A program made the position numbers and the translations under genes. From an uncultured Trueperaceae bacterium (lineage in GTDB: Bacteria > Deinococcota > Deinococci > Deinococcales > Trueperaceae): DNA of 64,000 nt. Positions 28,249 to 38,913 of this stretch are shown piece by piece. The notes beneath the pieces are model-generated. The model was not told the DNA's origin. It worked only from the letters and a program-made list of their open reading frames with translations, and ran no database searches. The stretch is from the NCBI GenBank assembly GCA_963799485.1, contig CAWCXJ010000006.1, positions 576,001 to 640,000 on the forward strand, written 5' to 3'. How positions within the stretch are numbered: position 1 is the stretch's first letter; each line of letters begins with the position of its first letter.

Positions 28249-31217
28249 CAGAGATCGCCCCCCTCGGGCCGTTCGCGCGTAGGCAAAACGTAATCGTCTC
28301 TTGCCCATTTGCGCTCGACCTCGACGCCGAGCCTCGGCGTCGGTTGTCCGTAACGCGGGTTCGTTTCGGGCAGCGGCGGAGCACCCTGGCGGCCTAGCGC
28401 CGTAAGCCTGACCGCCGTTTCTTTATATGCCGGGGTATCGCTGTCGGGGTCAACGACGCTTGCGGTAAGTATATTGACCGGCGTCTCGGACGAATTGTGC
28501 GGTACGTAAAGTTCACGCCCTGTTACCCGGTCGCTTACGAGTACGCGCAACTCGATACTGCCGCGCCGCGAGGTCAGCTGTACCCAGTCGCCACTATCAA
28601 GCTCGCGTTCGGCAGCAAGCTGAGCGGACACCTCGACAAACGTATCGGGAACCTTTGCGGTGAGGCCGACGCTCTTATAGGTCATGTTGCCTTCATGAAA
28701 ATGCTCCAAGATGCGCCCGTTGTTCAGGTGCAGATCGTAGACCTCGTCAGGCGTTTCGCTTGGACGCAACCACTCGAGCGGATAAAGCCGCGCTTTACCG
28801 TCAGGAAAGTGAAACTCGGTTTCGTATAAGAGTGGCGTGTCGGTGCCGTCTTCAGCGACGGGCCACACGAGCGACTTGTAGCCCTCGAGCCGTGGATAGC
28901 TGACCCCGGCAAAAAGCGGCGTCAATCTGGCGACCTCGTCCATAATGTCGCTCGGGTTTTTGTAACCCCAGCTGTAGCCCAGGTGCGCAGCCAGCTCGGT
29001 CAGGATTTGCCAGTCGGGTTTGGAATTGCCGAGGGGGTCTAACGCTTTGTAAAGTCGCTGAATCCGGCGTTCGGTGTTAACGAAGGTGCCCTCTTTTTCC
29101 AAGGACGGTACACCCGGCAACACCACATCGGCAAACTGTGCGGTGCGGGTCATAAAGATTTCCTGCACGACTAAAAAGTCAACTTTGCTCAGCGCCTCTT
29201 GCACGTGTTCGGCGTTGCCGTCTACGAGCGCCAGCTCTTCACCTACGACGTAGAGTGCGTGCAGCTGTCCGTCGTGAATCGCGTCTACCATCCGGAAATT
29301 GTTGAGCCCCGGTTCACTCGGGATGGTTGCACCCCACGCTTTTTCATACCGTGCCCTCGCCTCGTCGTCGCTGACTTTTTGATAGCCCGGTAGGTAGCTG
29401 TTCATCGAGCCGAAGTCGCTACAACCCTGCACGTTGTTGTGACCGCGCAGCGGGTACGCGCCGGTGCCGGGACGCCCGTAGTTGCCGGTGACGAGCAGCA
29501 GGTTGGAAATCGCCGTCGAGGTGTTCGAGCCGCCGTAGTGCTGCGTGACGCCCATCGCCCAGAGACCGCAGGCACTCTTTGCCGCCGCAATCTCCTCGGC
29601 GACCGTCTTGAGCGTCTCTTGGCTCAGGCCGGTAATTTTTTCGGCGTACTCCAACGTAAACTCCGCCAGACTCTCCCGGTATTCGTCCAGTTGGTTCACC
29701 CGCTCCCGCAAAAAGGCTTTGTCTTCTAAACCATTGTCCAAAATGTACTTGGTCACTGCTGAGAGCCACACCAAGTCGGTACCGGGATTAGGGCGCATAA
29801 AGATGTCGGCGCGGCGCGCCATCTCGTGTTCCAAGAGGTCGGCGACGATGACCTTTTGCCCGTGCAGTTTGTGTGAGCGTTTGATTCGCGTCGCTAAAAC
29901 CGGGTGCGCGTCGCAAGTATTTGACCCGACGATAAAGACCAGCTCGGCCTGTTCGATGTCCTTGATCGTGCCCGAATCGCCGCCGTACCCGACCGTGCGC
30001 CATAACCCGGTTGTCGCCGGGGCCTGGCAGTAGCGCGAATCGTTATCGACGTTGTTGTTGCCGAAAATGGCGCGGGCCAGCTTTTGCACCAGATATGACT
30101 CTTCGTTGGTACACTTCGACGAGGCGATAAACGCGGTGCTGTCGTCGCCGTACTGCTGCTTCGTTTCCAACAGCCGTTTGGCTACGAGCGTCAACGCTTC
30201 GTCCCAGCTCGCTTCACGAAAACTATCCCCTTCACGGATCAGCGGCGTGGTGAGGCGTTCGTCGCTGCTCACATAATCCCAACCGAATTTGCCTTTGACA
30301 CACGTCGAGATGCTGTTAGCAGGGCCTTCTAGCTGTGGCTCGATTTTGAGGATTTTACGGCCTTTTGTCCAAACGTCGAACGAGCAGCCGACGCCGCAAT
30401 AGGTGCAGACCGTTTTGGTCTTTTTGACGTCTTCATGGCGCAGCTTTGCTTCGGCGTCGGACAAGGCCATAATCGGCGCGTAACCGGTGTAGGGTTCAAC
30501 CGACTTGACAAGTTCGATGGCCGGTTCGCGGACGCTCCGGGGCAGGCCCGTAAAGTAGCCCGCCTCACCGATCATCGGTTTTTCCATCAGTGCGTTACAT
30601 GGACACACCGTAATGCAGTGACCACACGAAACGCACGACGAATCGTTAATCGCTGCGCCGCCGTCCCACAAAACGCGCGGGTGCTCGGCTTCCCAGTCGA
30701 TGGTGAGCGTTTCATTGACCTGGACATTTTGGCACGCCTCGACGCAGCGTCCACAGAGGATGCACTGGTCGGGGTCGTACTGATAAAACGGGTTGCTTTT
30801 GTCTACCTCGTAGGGCTTCGGAGTAAAAGGGTATTTTTGATTCTCGAGCCCCAAGAGCTTGGTCGCGTTATGGACGTCGCAGTCGCCGTTGTTACGGTCG
30901 CAGATAGTGCAGTAGAGGTCGTGGTTTCCAAGCAAGCGGTGCATCGCCTCTTGCCGCGCGGCGACGGCCCTGGGCGCTGCCGTCTGCACCCTGAGCCCCG
31001 CCTGAACCGGGATACCACACGCACGTTGCAAGGTTCCATTGATCTCGACCGAACAGGTATCACAAGTTTGTAATGGCCCGAGCGCCGGATGATAGCAGAC
31101 GTGGGCGACGCCCGACTGCAACCGCTCTAAAACCTCGGTCAGCGGTTCACCCTCACGCGCACTAACTGTTTGCCCATCAACCTCTAAAGTAACCTCAGCA
31201 CCGTAATTTTGCAGCAT
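28248..31217 (-). CDS. fdhF: Formate dehydrogenase alpha-like subunit (YjgC/YrhE type) with N-terminal Fe-S domains
   Basis: 2Fe-2S and 4Fe-4S Cys clusters; CTYCGVGC, SRYCQAPA and RGHNNVQG motifs. Confidence 0.93.
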   Translation of the reverse strand: MLQNYGAEVTLEVDGQTVSAREGEPLTEVLERLQSGVAHVCYHPALGPLQTCDTCSVEINGTLQRACGIPVQAGLRVQTAAPRAVAARQEAMHRLLGNHDLYCTICDRNNGDCDVHNATKLLGLENQKYPFTPKPYEVDKSNPFYQYDPDQCILCGRCVEACQNVQVNETLTIDWEAEHPRVLWDGGAAINDSSCVSCGHCITVCPCNALMEKPMIGEAGYFTGLPRSVREPAIELVKSVEPYTGYAPIMALSDAEAKLRHEDVKKTKTVCTYCGVGCSFDVWTKGRKILKIEPQLEGPANSISTCVKGKFGWDYVSSDERLTTPLIREGDSFREASWDEALTLVAKRLLETKQQYGDDSTAFIASSKCTNEESYLVQKLARAIFGNNNVDNDSRYCQAPATTGLWRTVGYGGDSGTIKDIEQAELVFIVGSNTCDAHPVLATRIKRSHKLHGQKVIVADLLEHEMARRADIFMRPNPGTDLVWLSAVTKYILDNGLEDKAFLRERVNQLDEYRESLAEFTLEYAEKITGLSQETLKTVAEEIAAAKSACGLWAMGVTQHYGGSNTSTAISNLLLVTGNYGRPGTGAYPLRGHNNVQGCSDFGSMNSYLPGYQKVSDDEARARYEKAWGATIPSEPGLNNFRMVDAIHDGQLHALYVVGEELALVDGNAEHVQEALSKVDFLVVQEIFMTRTAQFADVVLPGVPSLEKEGTFVNTERRIQRLYKALDPLGNSKPDWQILTELAAHLGYSWGYKNPSDIMDEVARLTPLFAGVSYPRLEGYKSLVWPVAEDGTDTPLLYETEFHFPDGKARLYPLEWLRPSETPDEVYDLHLNNGRILEHFHEGNMTYKSVGLTAKVPDTFVEVSAQLAAERELDSGDWVQLTSRRGSIELRVLVSDRVTGRELYVPHNSSETPVNILTASVVDPDSDTPAYKETAVRLTALGRQGAPPLPETNPRYGQPTPRLGVEVERKWARDDYVLPTRERPEGGDL

Positions 31218-31406
31218 AGTGTTTTCATCCCCTAAAACTGTCGCTTAAAGTTGTCGCTCCTCACGCCGTGTAGCTCTTTGGATTCTAGCGCGTAACATTC
31301 TGGGAGAGCTGACTTCGTCTCACTATTCACTATTGCAGCGTCGGACTGCACCCGGGAGGCTCGAGACCTCTCGGAAAGAACCAACTCGGTGCGTGCCGGA
31401 GAGGGT

Positions 31407-32615
31407 CTACGCCCCGGCGCGGGCGAGTGGGAGCGGATCAACTGGTAACGTCACATGAAACGCCGCGCCCCCTTGTGGGCGGTTACGCGCTTCGACGCGG
31501 CCCCCGTGCAGTTCGACGAGCGTATGAACGATAGCGAGACCCAGACCGCTGCCGCCGCCACTTCTGCTACGGCTCGTTTCGGCGCGGTAAAACCGCTCGA
31601 AGATGTGCGCCTGGGCCTCGGCTGAAAGACCCGGCCCGGAATCCTCGACGCTCAGCTCCGCGCCGCCGGGGGGTGCGGCGACCGACACCCTGACCCAACC
31701 GCCGGAAGGGGTGTAGCGCACGGCGTTCTCGAGCAGATTGGTCAACACCTGGGCGAGCCGGTCGGGGTCGGCCTGTAGGGGTGCGTGCGGCGTCGCGGCG
31801 TAAAACGCGAGTGTCAACCCCTGCCGCGCCGCCTTTTCCCGGAAGCTCTCGCACACGCGCCGGGCGATCCTTACAAGGTCGGTTTCGACGCGCTCCAAAG
31901 TCAGGCGTTTGGCGTCGGCAAGCGACAGCGTGCGGAGGTCGTCGATGAGGCGGGCCAAAAGTTCGGTCTGCGCGTCGAGCTTGGCGAGCTCGGAACGGTC
32001 GAAAGGGACGATGCCGTCGCCCATCGCGTCGAGCTGGCCTTGCAAGATGGTCAAGGGCGTGCGGAGTTCGTGGGCGATGTCGGCAATCAGCGCTTGGCGT
32101 TCACGCTCGAGCTTTTCCAAAGCCTCCGCCATCTTGTCGAAGTGCCGGGCGAGCATCCCCGTTTCGTCGCGGCTGCCCTGTGCGTAGGCGGGCAGCACGG
32201 CGCGCGCGGAGAGGTCGCCCTCGGCGATGCGGGCGGCGGCCTCGGCGACGGCGGTGATCGGCCGCGAGATACGCCGCGCCAAAAAGAGTGCGGCGGCGAC
32301 GCTCAGAATAGCCAGGACGCCGATGCTGAGGACTAAAAGCTGGTCGCGCAAACGGCTGAAGCGGTTGCCGAGGGTTTGCACCTCCTCGAAGTTTTGGGTT
32401 AAGCCCTCGATGAGCGCCTCGAACTGAGGCCGCAACGATTCGGGCGTCTCCTGCTGCTCGAGCCCGTCGGTAATCGCCAAGAGCGGGTCACGCACCTCTG
32501 CCGGAAGCTGCTGAAGCTGCCGCTGCGACACGTAAACCTGCAAGAGCGCGAGCAGCGTCGTCAACAGCGCGACGCCGACGATCGTCAGGGTGAGGCGGGT
32601 GGCGAGGCGGTTCAC
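31407..32615 (-). CDS. Sensor histidine kinase (HAMP, BaeS-like)
   Basis: Two TM segments, AHELRTPLT, NLLENA, DSGPG and GSGLGL motifs. Confidence 0.95.
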   Translation of the reverse strand: MNRLATRLTLTIVGVALLTTLLALLQVYVSQRQLQQLPAEVRDPLLAITDGLEQQETPESLRPQFEALIEGLTQNFEEVQTLGNRFSRLRDQLLVLSIGVLAILSVAAALFLARRISRPITAVAEAAARIAEGDLSARAVLPAYAQGSRDETGMLARHFDKMAEALEKLERERQALIADIAHELRTPLTILQGQLDAMGDGIVPFDRSELAKLDAQTELLARLIDDLRTLSLADAKRLTLERVETDLVRIARRVCESFREKAARQGLTLAFYAATPHAPLQADPDRLAQVLTNLLENAVRYTPSGGWVRVSVAAPPGGAELSVEDSGPGLSAEAQAHIFERFYRAETSRSRSGGGSGLGLAIVHTLVELHGGRVEARNRPQGGAAFHVTLPVDPLPLARAGA

Positions 32616-32644
32616 GGTTTTGGGTCTATTTTGTGTCCAGCGGC

Positions 32645-33319
32645 CTAGTCGTCGGCGCTGAGCCGGTAGCCCATCCCGCGCACGGTTTGGAGCATCTCGG
32701 CAGCGTTTGCGGCCTCGAGCTTTCTTCGCAAGTTCCGCAGATGAACGTCGATGACGCGCTCCAACGCTTCGCTTTCGGGCAGTGCGGCCTCCAGGAGTTC
32801 GGTACGGTTGAAAATCCGGCCCGGCGCGGCGGCGAGATGACGTAAAAGCCGGAACTCGGTCGCGGTCAGTTTGAGGGCTTTGTCACCGACCCTGACGGAA
32901 GCCTGCAAGGGATCGAGCTCGAGTTCCCCGAGCCGTAACAGGACGTTCTGACCGGTGGGCTGCGTGCGGCGCAACACCGCCTTGACGCGCGCCATCACCT
33001 CACGCGGGCGAAACGGTTTGGTCACGTAATCGTCCGCACCCAACTCGAGCGCCAGCAGTTTATCGAGTTCTTCGGTGCGGGCGGTCAGCATGATAATCGG
33101 CGTGGCACTCTCCGCACGCACGGTTTTAAGCACCTCCAAACCTCCTAAACGCGGCAGCATCACGTCGAGCAAAATGAGGTCGGGGTGGGCGCTGCGAAAC
33201 AAGCTGAGGGCGCGTTCGCCGTCTCCGGCGCGTTCGGTGCGGTAACCGCTGCTCCGCAAGTAGCCCTCTAAAATCTCGGCAATTTGCGGTTCGTCTTCGA
33301 CGACCAAAACGAGCGGCAT
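32645..33319 (-). CDS. OmpR-family response regulator
   Basis: VVEDE, LDVMLP, KPF and a wHTH ending TVRGMGY. Leaderless start 7 nt after TATAGT. Confidence 0.95.
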   Translation of the reverse strand: MPLVLVVEDEPQIAEILEGYLRSSGYRTERAGDGERALSLFRSAHPDLILLDVMLPRLGGLEVLKTVRAESATPIIMLTARTEELDKLLALELGADDYVTKPFRPREVMARVKAVLRRTQPTGQNVLLRLGELELDPLQASVRVGDKALKLTATEFRLLRHLAAAPGRIFNRTELLEAALPESEALERVIDVHLRNLRRKLEAANAAEMLQTVRGMGYRLSADD

Positions 33320-33470
33320 AGGCTCTACTATACGGTCTGCGGCGTCGGCAACGCCTGATTCGCGTTCAACTTCGGGGGCCGGACGGGTCACTAGCAGAGC
33401 CTAGATGCGCCGTGTAAAGCGCTTATTCAGGCTTTGTCAAGATTTCTTGTTTTTTGCCGTTCGTTCTGAC

Positions 33471-35633
33471 TTATTCGCCCTGCCGAACCTCCTCCAAGAG
33501 CGTTCCAAATGGGACGGGTTCCGCTGCGCCGGTCTCGACGGTCGTTTGGGCGAGGTTGGGATTGCCTTTAAGGGCAGCCTCGAGCGGGGCGCGGGCGTCA
33601 CTCAAACGGCCCAGGTCGTAATAAATCAGCCCCAGGTTGAGCTGCGCGCCGCTGTTTTCCGGGTCGGCAGCGACGGCCCGCGTCAGAAAATCGACCGCTT
33701 TGTCAAGCCGTCCCAAACGGAAGTAGGCAAAACCGGCATTGTTCAGCACAGTTGCCTGACCGGGGCCGGGCACCGTAAAGTCCTCCAACGCCGTCTCATA
33801 CGCTGTGACTGCGCCGCGCAGGTCGCCCTGAAGCTGCCGGGTATACCCCTGATAAAAGCTCGGCAGACCGCCCGGGGAAAGCCCGGCGGCCCGGTCGAAC
33901 GCGCGTTCTGCCGCCGCTACGTCGCTGCGCTCGAGCGCCGTCAAACCCTCTTGTAAGGCGTTTTCCGCCTCCCCGCCGAGGCTTATATCGGCTCCTTCAG
34001 CAAGTTTTTGCGTCTGTGCGACGAACTGCCGTGTCTGCGCGGCCTGAGCGTTTTGCGGCGCGAGCCGCAAGGCTTCGTCGAGGGCGTTGAGCGCCTGGTC
34101 GTAGGCTCCGGTACGGCCCAGCGCCGCGCCGTAAAGCGTGTAGAGGCCCGCGTCTTGGGGGGAGGCCTCGAGCAGCGGCCCCAGGGTCTCTACCGCCGCT
34201 TGGTTTTGTCCTGCCTGCACGTAAATCTCTGCGAGGTTGCGTTCTAAAAGGTCTCGCAGTTCGGGGTTCTGCCGTGCGGCGTTTTGCAGTGTCGCAGCAG
34301 CGTCGTCGGTTTTACCCTGCTCGGCCTGCGCGAGTGCAAGCTGATTGGCGACTTCGGGATTGTTCGGCGCGAAACTCTGTGCGCCGCTCAGCACCCGTTC
34401 GGCGCCCGCGTAGTCGCCGCTTTTGGCGAGGGTTTCGGCTTCGGCGAGCGCCAAACCTGCGTCTTGCGGGTACGCCTCACGGCCCCGGCGCAAAATAGCG
34501 CGCGCCCGCTTGCTCTGCTCGGCAGGGAGCGACGCCGCGAGGGCGAACAGGCCCGGTTCGGGGTTCGGGGTTTTGAGCGCCTCCTCGAGAAAACTCACAG
34601 CTTCGGCAGTATTGCCACCGCGCACGGCTTCGGTGACGAACGCGCTTGCCAAAACCGACGAATCCGGAACCCGGTTTACGCCCGTGCGGAGCGTTTGCAG
34701 CGCGGTCTGCGGACTGCCCGTTTGACGCTGCAAGGTGGCCAGCTCGAGGTACGCCGCCGCGTAACGCGGATACGCCGCTAACGCCGCCCGCAAATCACGC
34801 TGCGCAGCTTCCGGACTTTCAGAGAGGCGCGCCTGTCCCGCCAGGGCGACGGCGTGCGCGGGGTTGACCGTAAGTGCCGCTGCAAACGCCTCCCTTGCCG
34901 CCGGGATATCCCCCGCCGCTGCCAGCACGACGCCCCGGCTGACGAGCGCTTCAGCGTCTTCGGGTGCCGTCTGAACCGCCCGCTCCGAGAGCGTCAGCGC
35001 TTCGGCGTCCCGACCGGCTGCGCCGAGTGTTTCGGCACGTTCAGAGAGCGCCCAGCTCGAGCCGCCCGCCGCCGCTTGTGTCAACTCCGGCGAGTCGGCA
35101 ACCGCGAGACCCAAAGCCGCTTCACCGACGACGCCCAGCGCACTCAGGGCCGGGGTTTGCGCGATTACGGCGTCAAGCTCCGCCCGGTCTTCGGGGGAGA
35201 CGTTCAGCGCGAGTTCCTGCACAACAGTATCGACGACCTTGCCGAGCAAATCTGCGGGGTCTTGCAGCGTGCCGCTGACCGCGACCCGGCGCGTGTCCTG
35301 ACCCGGTTCGGCAAAAAAAATATCGACTTGGGCCGCACCCGCCGAGGTGCTGACCAAACCGCTGACAAGCGCCTGAACGCCGAACGCCTCGGCGAAAACG
35401 GTCGTGTCCAGCTCTGCCGCGTCGGTATTTTGCGCGACGATGAGCGTATCGCCGACAGGCGGCACATAGAGGTTATCGATGACGTTGAGGCTGCGCTGCA
35501 AGCCGGTTGCCAAACCGAAACGGTAGGGGGCGGCGGCGGCGTCGGTATCGAACGCAAGAACGGCCAGCCGCGCGGGTTGCGCCGCCGCTGCGCTTACGAG
35601 TAGAAGGCAAACTAAAATAAGAGCTCGTTTCAT
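33471..35633 (-). CDS. Secreted tetratricopeptide-repeat protein
   Basis: Signal peptide MKRALILVCLLLVSAAAA, TolB-N-like domain and many TPRs. Confidence 0.9.
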   Translation of the reverse strand: MKRALILVCLLLVSAAAAQPARLAVLAFDTDAAAAPYRFGLATGLQRSLNVIDNLYVPPVGDTLIVAQNTDAAELDTTVFAEAFGVQALVSGLVSTSAGAAQVDIFFAEPGQDTRRVAVSGTLQDPADLLGKVVDTVVQELALNVSPEDRAELDAVIAQTPALSALGVVGEAALGLAVADSPELTQAAAGGSSWALSERAETLGAAGRDAEALTLSERAVQTAPEDAEALVSRGVVLAAAGDIPAAREAFAAALTVNPAHAVALAGQARLSESPEAAQRDLRAALAAYPRYAAAYLELATLQRQTGSPQTALQTLRTGVNRVPDSSVLASAFVTEAVRGGNTAEAVSFLEEALKTPNPEPGLFALAASLPAEQSKRARAILRRGREAYPQDAGLALAEAETLAKSGDYAGAERVLSGAQSFAPNNPEVANQLALAQAEQGKTDDAAATLQNAARQNPELRDLLERNLAEIYVQAGQNQAAVETLGPLLEASPQDAGLYTLYGAALGRTGAYDQALNALDEALRLAPQNAQAAQTRQFVAQTQKLAEGADISLGGEAENALQEGLTALERSDVAAAERAFDRAAGLSPGGLPSFYQGYTRQLQGDLRGAVTAYETALEDFTVPGPGQATVLNNAGFAYFRLGRLDKAVDFLTRAVAADPENSGAQLNLGLIYYDLGRLSDARAPLEAALKGNPNLAQTTVETGAAEPVPFGTLLEEVRQGE

Positions 35634-35810
35634 CTCTCGGAGTATACCCAAGCCGGAGTGAGAAGCGCTTTAGGGAGGCTCGAGGCGGCTTAGCTCAGTT
35701 GTGCGGAAGACGGAAGGCAAGATTGAGACCAAACCCCTTTTACGCCTCCCATATTCTTTTCTTAATCTCAGCTTTTTTAATCGATCTTGTGGTCTGCCGG
35801 TCGCGCCTCG

Positions 35811-36206
35811 CTAAAGCCGAAAGCCGCCGGGCAAAAGACCCCCAACCGTCCACGACCTGACGACGCCCCGGTCGTTAACCAGATAGACCGCCGCATCTTC
35901 GGCAAATTCGAACAGAACCTGGCGGCACGCCCCGCAAGGACTCGCAGGTTCGGCGGCGGTGGTGTAGACGACGATTTCACTAAACTGCCGCTCTCCCGCC
36001 GACGCCATGGCCTGAATCGCCGACTGTTCCGCGCAGCGCCCGAGGCCGTAGGACGCGTTTTCGATGTTTGCGCCCGCGTAGACCTTGCCGCTCTCGGCCC
36101 GCAGCGCCGCACCGACGTGAAAGCCGGAGTAGGGGGCGTAGGCATTTCGGTGGGCAGTTTTAGCAGCCGCGAGCAGGTCCTCGGGTGGATTTGGCGTTGC
36201 AGTCAT
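35811..36206 (-). CDS. cdd: Cytidine deaminase
   Basis: AYAPYSGFHVGAA, NIENASYG..CAE and PCGACRQ motifs. Confidence 0.96.
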   Translation of the reverse strand: MTATPNPPEDLLAAAKTAHRNAYAPYSGFHVGAALRAESGKVYAGANIENASYGLGRCAEQSAIQAMASAGERQFSEIVVYTTAAEPASPCGACRQVLFEFAEDAAVYLVNDRGVVRSWTVGGLLPGGFRL

Positions 36207-36624
36207 AAAACATTTTACGCTGTTCTTATGCAAACGGTTGGGCAAAAGCCTCGTAACCCGTTCGCAACGGTGGTGCAGCAAGTAGTCCAGCAAGAAGAAC
36301 TTACGGAAGCGTTAGACCTTCGGCGAAATACGGTATCTAGATTACGGTTGTACGGTTGGCCGCCTAAACCGGGCATAAAAGTGTGCATAAGCGGGCACTT
36401 CCAGCACCCGCATCCTCGCTATGCGTTTGGTGTACCTTCTCTCGAGCGCAGTTTTCAGGACAGCAAAGTGAATCATTGTGATTAAGCTGTGACCAGACAG
36501 AGTTATGCGCGTCAACCGAGCTTTCAGCGGTAGGATTACAACAGTTACACTACTGTGTAGCTAAATCTTCCGGCTAGCTTTCTCCCGCACTTCGCGCACA
36601 TAATTCAGCCAAAGGAGACCTAGT

Positions 36625-36783
36625 ATGGCGTTCACTGAGACGGTTCCCGAAGACCAGGCCCAGGGCGGCGTAGCCCGGCTGTTTGAGCAAAACCGCGCGG
36701 CGAAGGGTTACGTCCCCAACTACGTCAAGGTATTTAGTCATCACCCTCAGGTTATGGAAGCTTGGGCTGGACTACTCGGCAGT
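36625..36783 (+). pseudogene. N-terminal fragment of a CMD/AhpD-like peroxidase-related protein
   Basis: SD AAGGAG, MAFTETVPEDQA...GYVPNY..VFS.HP; truncated at an IS end (TAAGTAC). Confidence 0.65.
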
Positions 36784-37080
36784 AAGTACCCCACCACGAC
36801 TAGTTTGAACCGGCATTAAAACTTGCGAAATTGATAATGAGGTCACGGCCTACAGCAGCGAGGATTTGCGTAACGGTGTAAAAGAGGTTGTCTTCGCAAA
36901 GGTAAGCTTGAGGTCTTATTGATACTTGAGCTTGCGCCAGAGACTTTCGATAAGATTGCGGACAGGCCCGGTGGAGGTACAAGCCGAACATGCCGTTTTG
37001 TCCAAGACAAGGTGGGGGGCGTAAGCAGGCAGCTAAAAGCTGAACAAGCCGCGTTGCTCCCAATTGCACGAAAAGCCAGC
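36783..37080 (-). mobile_element. IS630-family transposase C-terminal relic
   Basis: Broken frames give NLIESLWRKLKY / RPQAYLCEDNLFYTVTQILAAVG. Confidence 0.65.
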
Positions 37081-37286
37081 TAAAAGCCGAGTTTTTTGAT
37101 TTGAAAACGGGCTTGGCGGGCGAGATTTTGCAAAAATACACGAACTACCGGATGCAGCTCGTAATTATCGGCGCGTTTGACTATAAGAGCGAGAGCTTGA
37201 AGGCGTTTATGCTCGAGAGTAACCGAGGCCGCCAGGTCGCCTTTGGACCGGACAGGGCGGCGGCGCTGGCGAGGGCCGCAAGCTAG
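37080..37286 (+). pseudogene. DUF4180-family C-terminal fragment
   Basis: FFDLKTGLAGEILQKYTNY...FMLESNRG motif; the 5' part is replaced by IS debris. Confidence 0.7.
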
Positions 37287-37352
37287 CCCCAAAGACCTCA
37301 CGACGTTTTGCGAGGTCTTTGTCTGGGGTCTTCGTCCGGAAAGCGTTCGTAC

Positions 37353-37886
37353 TTATTCGATATTGCCTTTGACGCTTTTGTACCGCTCAATGCACTCGTG
37401 AATCAGCGTGTGCGCTTCGTCCACGTCGTGCCAGTCCTCGATTTGGGTCTCTTTGTGCTCGAGCTGCTTGTACACCTCGAAAAAGTTGCTGACTTCTTTA
37501 AGGTAGTGGTCGCCGACATCTTTAAGCGATTTGTGCTGCTCGAAACGTGGGTCGTAGACGGGCACAGCCAAAATCTTCTGGTCGCGGCCCTTGTCGTCGG
37601 TCATCTCCAAAAACCCGACCGGGCGCACGTCCAACACCACCCCCGGAAAGCTCGGCGCACCGATTAGCACCACCACGTCTAGGGGGTCGTCGTCTTCGGC
37701 AAGCGTACTCGGGATAAAACCGTAATCGCCGGGGTAGTGCATGGCGCTGTACAGCACCCGGTCGAGCCGCATGATGTCGAACTCGGCGTCGTATTCGTAC
37801 TTGTTCGAGCTGTTTTTCGGGACTTCAATCACAGCGTTTAAGACTTCAGGGACGTTGCGTCCGGCGGGTAATTGGTGGTATTTCAT
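37353..37886 (-). CDS. ppa: Inorganic pyrophosphatase (family I)
   Basis: NKYEYD, YPGDYGFIP, DDDPLDV and FFEVYKQLE motifs. Confidence 0.97.
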   Translation of the reverse strand: MKYHQLPAGRNVPEVLNAVIEVPKNSSNKYEYDAEFDIMRLDRVLYSAMHYPGDYGFIPSTLAEDDDPLDVVVLIGAPSFPGVVLDVRPVGFLEMTDDKGRDQKILAVPVYDPRFEQHKSLKDVGDHYLKEVSNFFEVYKQLEHKETQIEDWHDVDEAHTLIHECIERYKSVKGNIE

Positions 37887-38014
37887 CAGGCTCCTGTTCG
37901 TTACAACGTAGTCGTGCGCCTGAGGGCGCGTCCGCCGACTACTATAACAGCTCGGTTTGGCAAGCTCGCCGGCTTCCAGGTCGAAACATTGAACTGAAAC
38001 GTAGGGACCGAGAG

Positions 38015-38227
38015 GTGTCCACCTACCAGCTTACGAAAAAGGATGAGGTGCGTATCTTCCGGGGAGGTCACAGTTCAAAACGTTGCATCACGACTTTGGG
38101 CGGGGCGCGCGGGCGTAAACTTACCGACGAACTCGCTGCAACTGATGGGGGCGAAGACGTGCAGGGCGTGCTGAGACGGGTTACGGGAAACTGCAAACGG
38201 GGTGACGAGCGCTCGAGAAAACGCTGA
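38015..38227 (+). CDS. Small hypothetical protein, possibly degenerate
   Basis: C-terminal TGNCKRGDER resembles a TGNFKRGNER small-protein motif recalled from memory, not verified. Confidence 0.5.
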   Translation: MSTYQLTKKDEVRIFRGGHSSKRCITTLGGARGRKLTDELAATDGGEDVQGVLRRVTGNCKRGDERSRKR

Positions 38228-38306
38228 CAAGTAGGCCATACCTGGCGTGAGCCGATATTTCGCGCTTGCGGCGCACGGGATAATCTCAACCTTTTTTCAG
38301 CAAAAC

Positions 38307-38876
38307 CTAGCTACCTGCCAGTTCTAGAAAATAGTCGTGAACCCGGTCATCGCCGGAAAGCTCCGGATGAAACACCGTTGCCAGTAACCGGTCATATGTG
38401 ACCATCACCGGGTCGTTTTGATAGCTCGCCAGCACCTTGACTCCTGGGCCGACGCGGACAATTCGGGGTGCGCGGATAAACACGGCCCGGAACGGCTCAG
38501 CAAATCCTTCGACTGCCAGATCGGTTTCAAAAGACGCGACTTGCCGCCCGTAATCGTTGCGGGCGACTTCTATATCGAGCAAGTCTAGACGCGGCTGCTC
38601 CGGCCTGCCGGTAATGTCTCGAGCAGTCGCAATCGCTCCGGCACATGTGCCCCAGACGGCCCCACCTTCGCCGTAAAAGGTCTTAAGCGCCCTGTCCAAA
38701 CCGTAAAGCTGCATCAGCTTGACCATCGTCGTCGATTCGCCGCCGGGAACAACGATACCGGCAAGGCCGCCGAGCTGCTCCGGTAGCCGGACTTCGGTTA
38801 CGTCTGCGCCGAGCCGCGTCAGTGCCTGTTTGTGTTCCCGAAATGCTCCTTGCAGAGCTAAAACGCCGACCTTCAT
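38307..38876 (-). CDS. pdxT: PLP synthase glutaminase subunit
   Basis: GVLALQGAFREH, PGGESTT, GTCAG, FIRAP and FHPEL motifs. Confidence 0.97.
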   Translation of the reverse strand: MKVGVLALQGAFREHKQALTRLGADVTEVRLPEQLGGLAGIVVPGGESTTMVKLMQLYGLDRALKTFYGEGGAVWGTCAGAIATARDITGRPEQPRLDLLDIEVARNDYGRQVASFETDLAVEGFAEPFRAVFIRAPRIVRVGPGVKVLASYQNDPVMVTYDRLLATVFHPELSGDDRVHDYFLELAGS

Positions 38877-38913
38877 AAGCTCATCATGACACGTTGCCTA
38901 CCCACGTCCGAAC

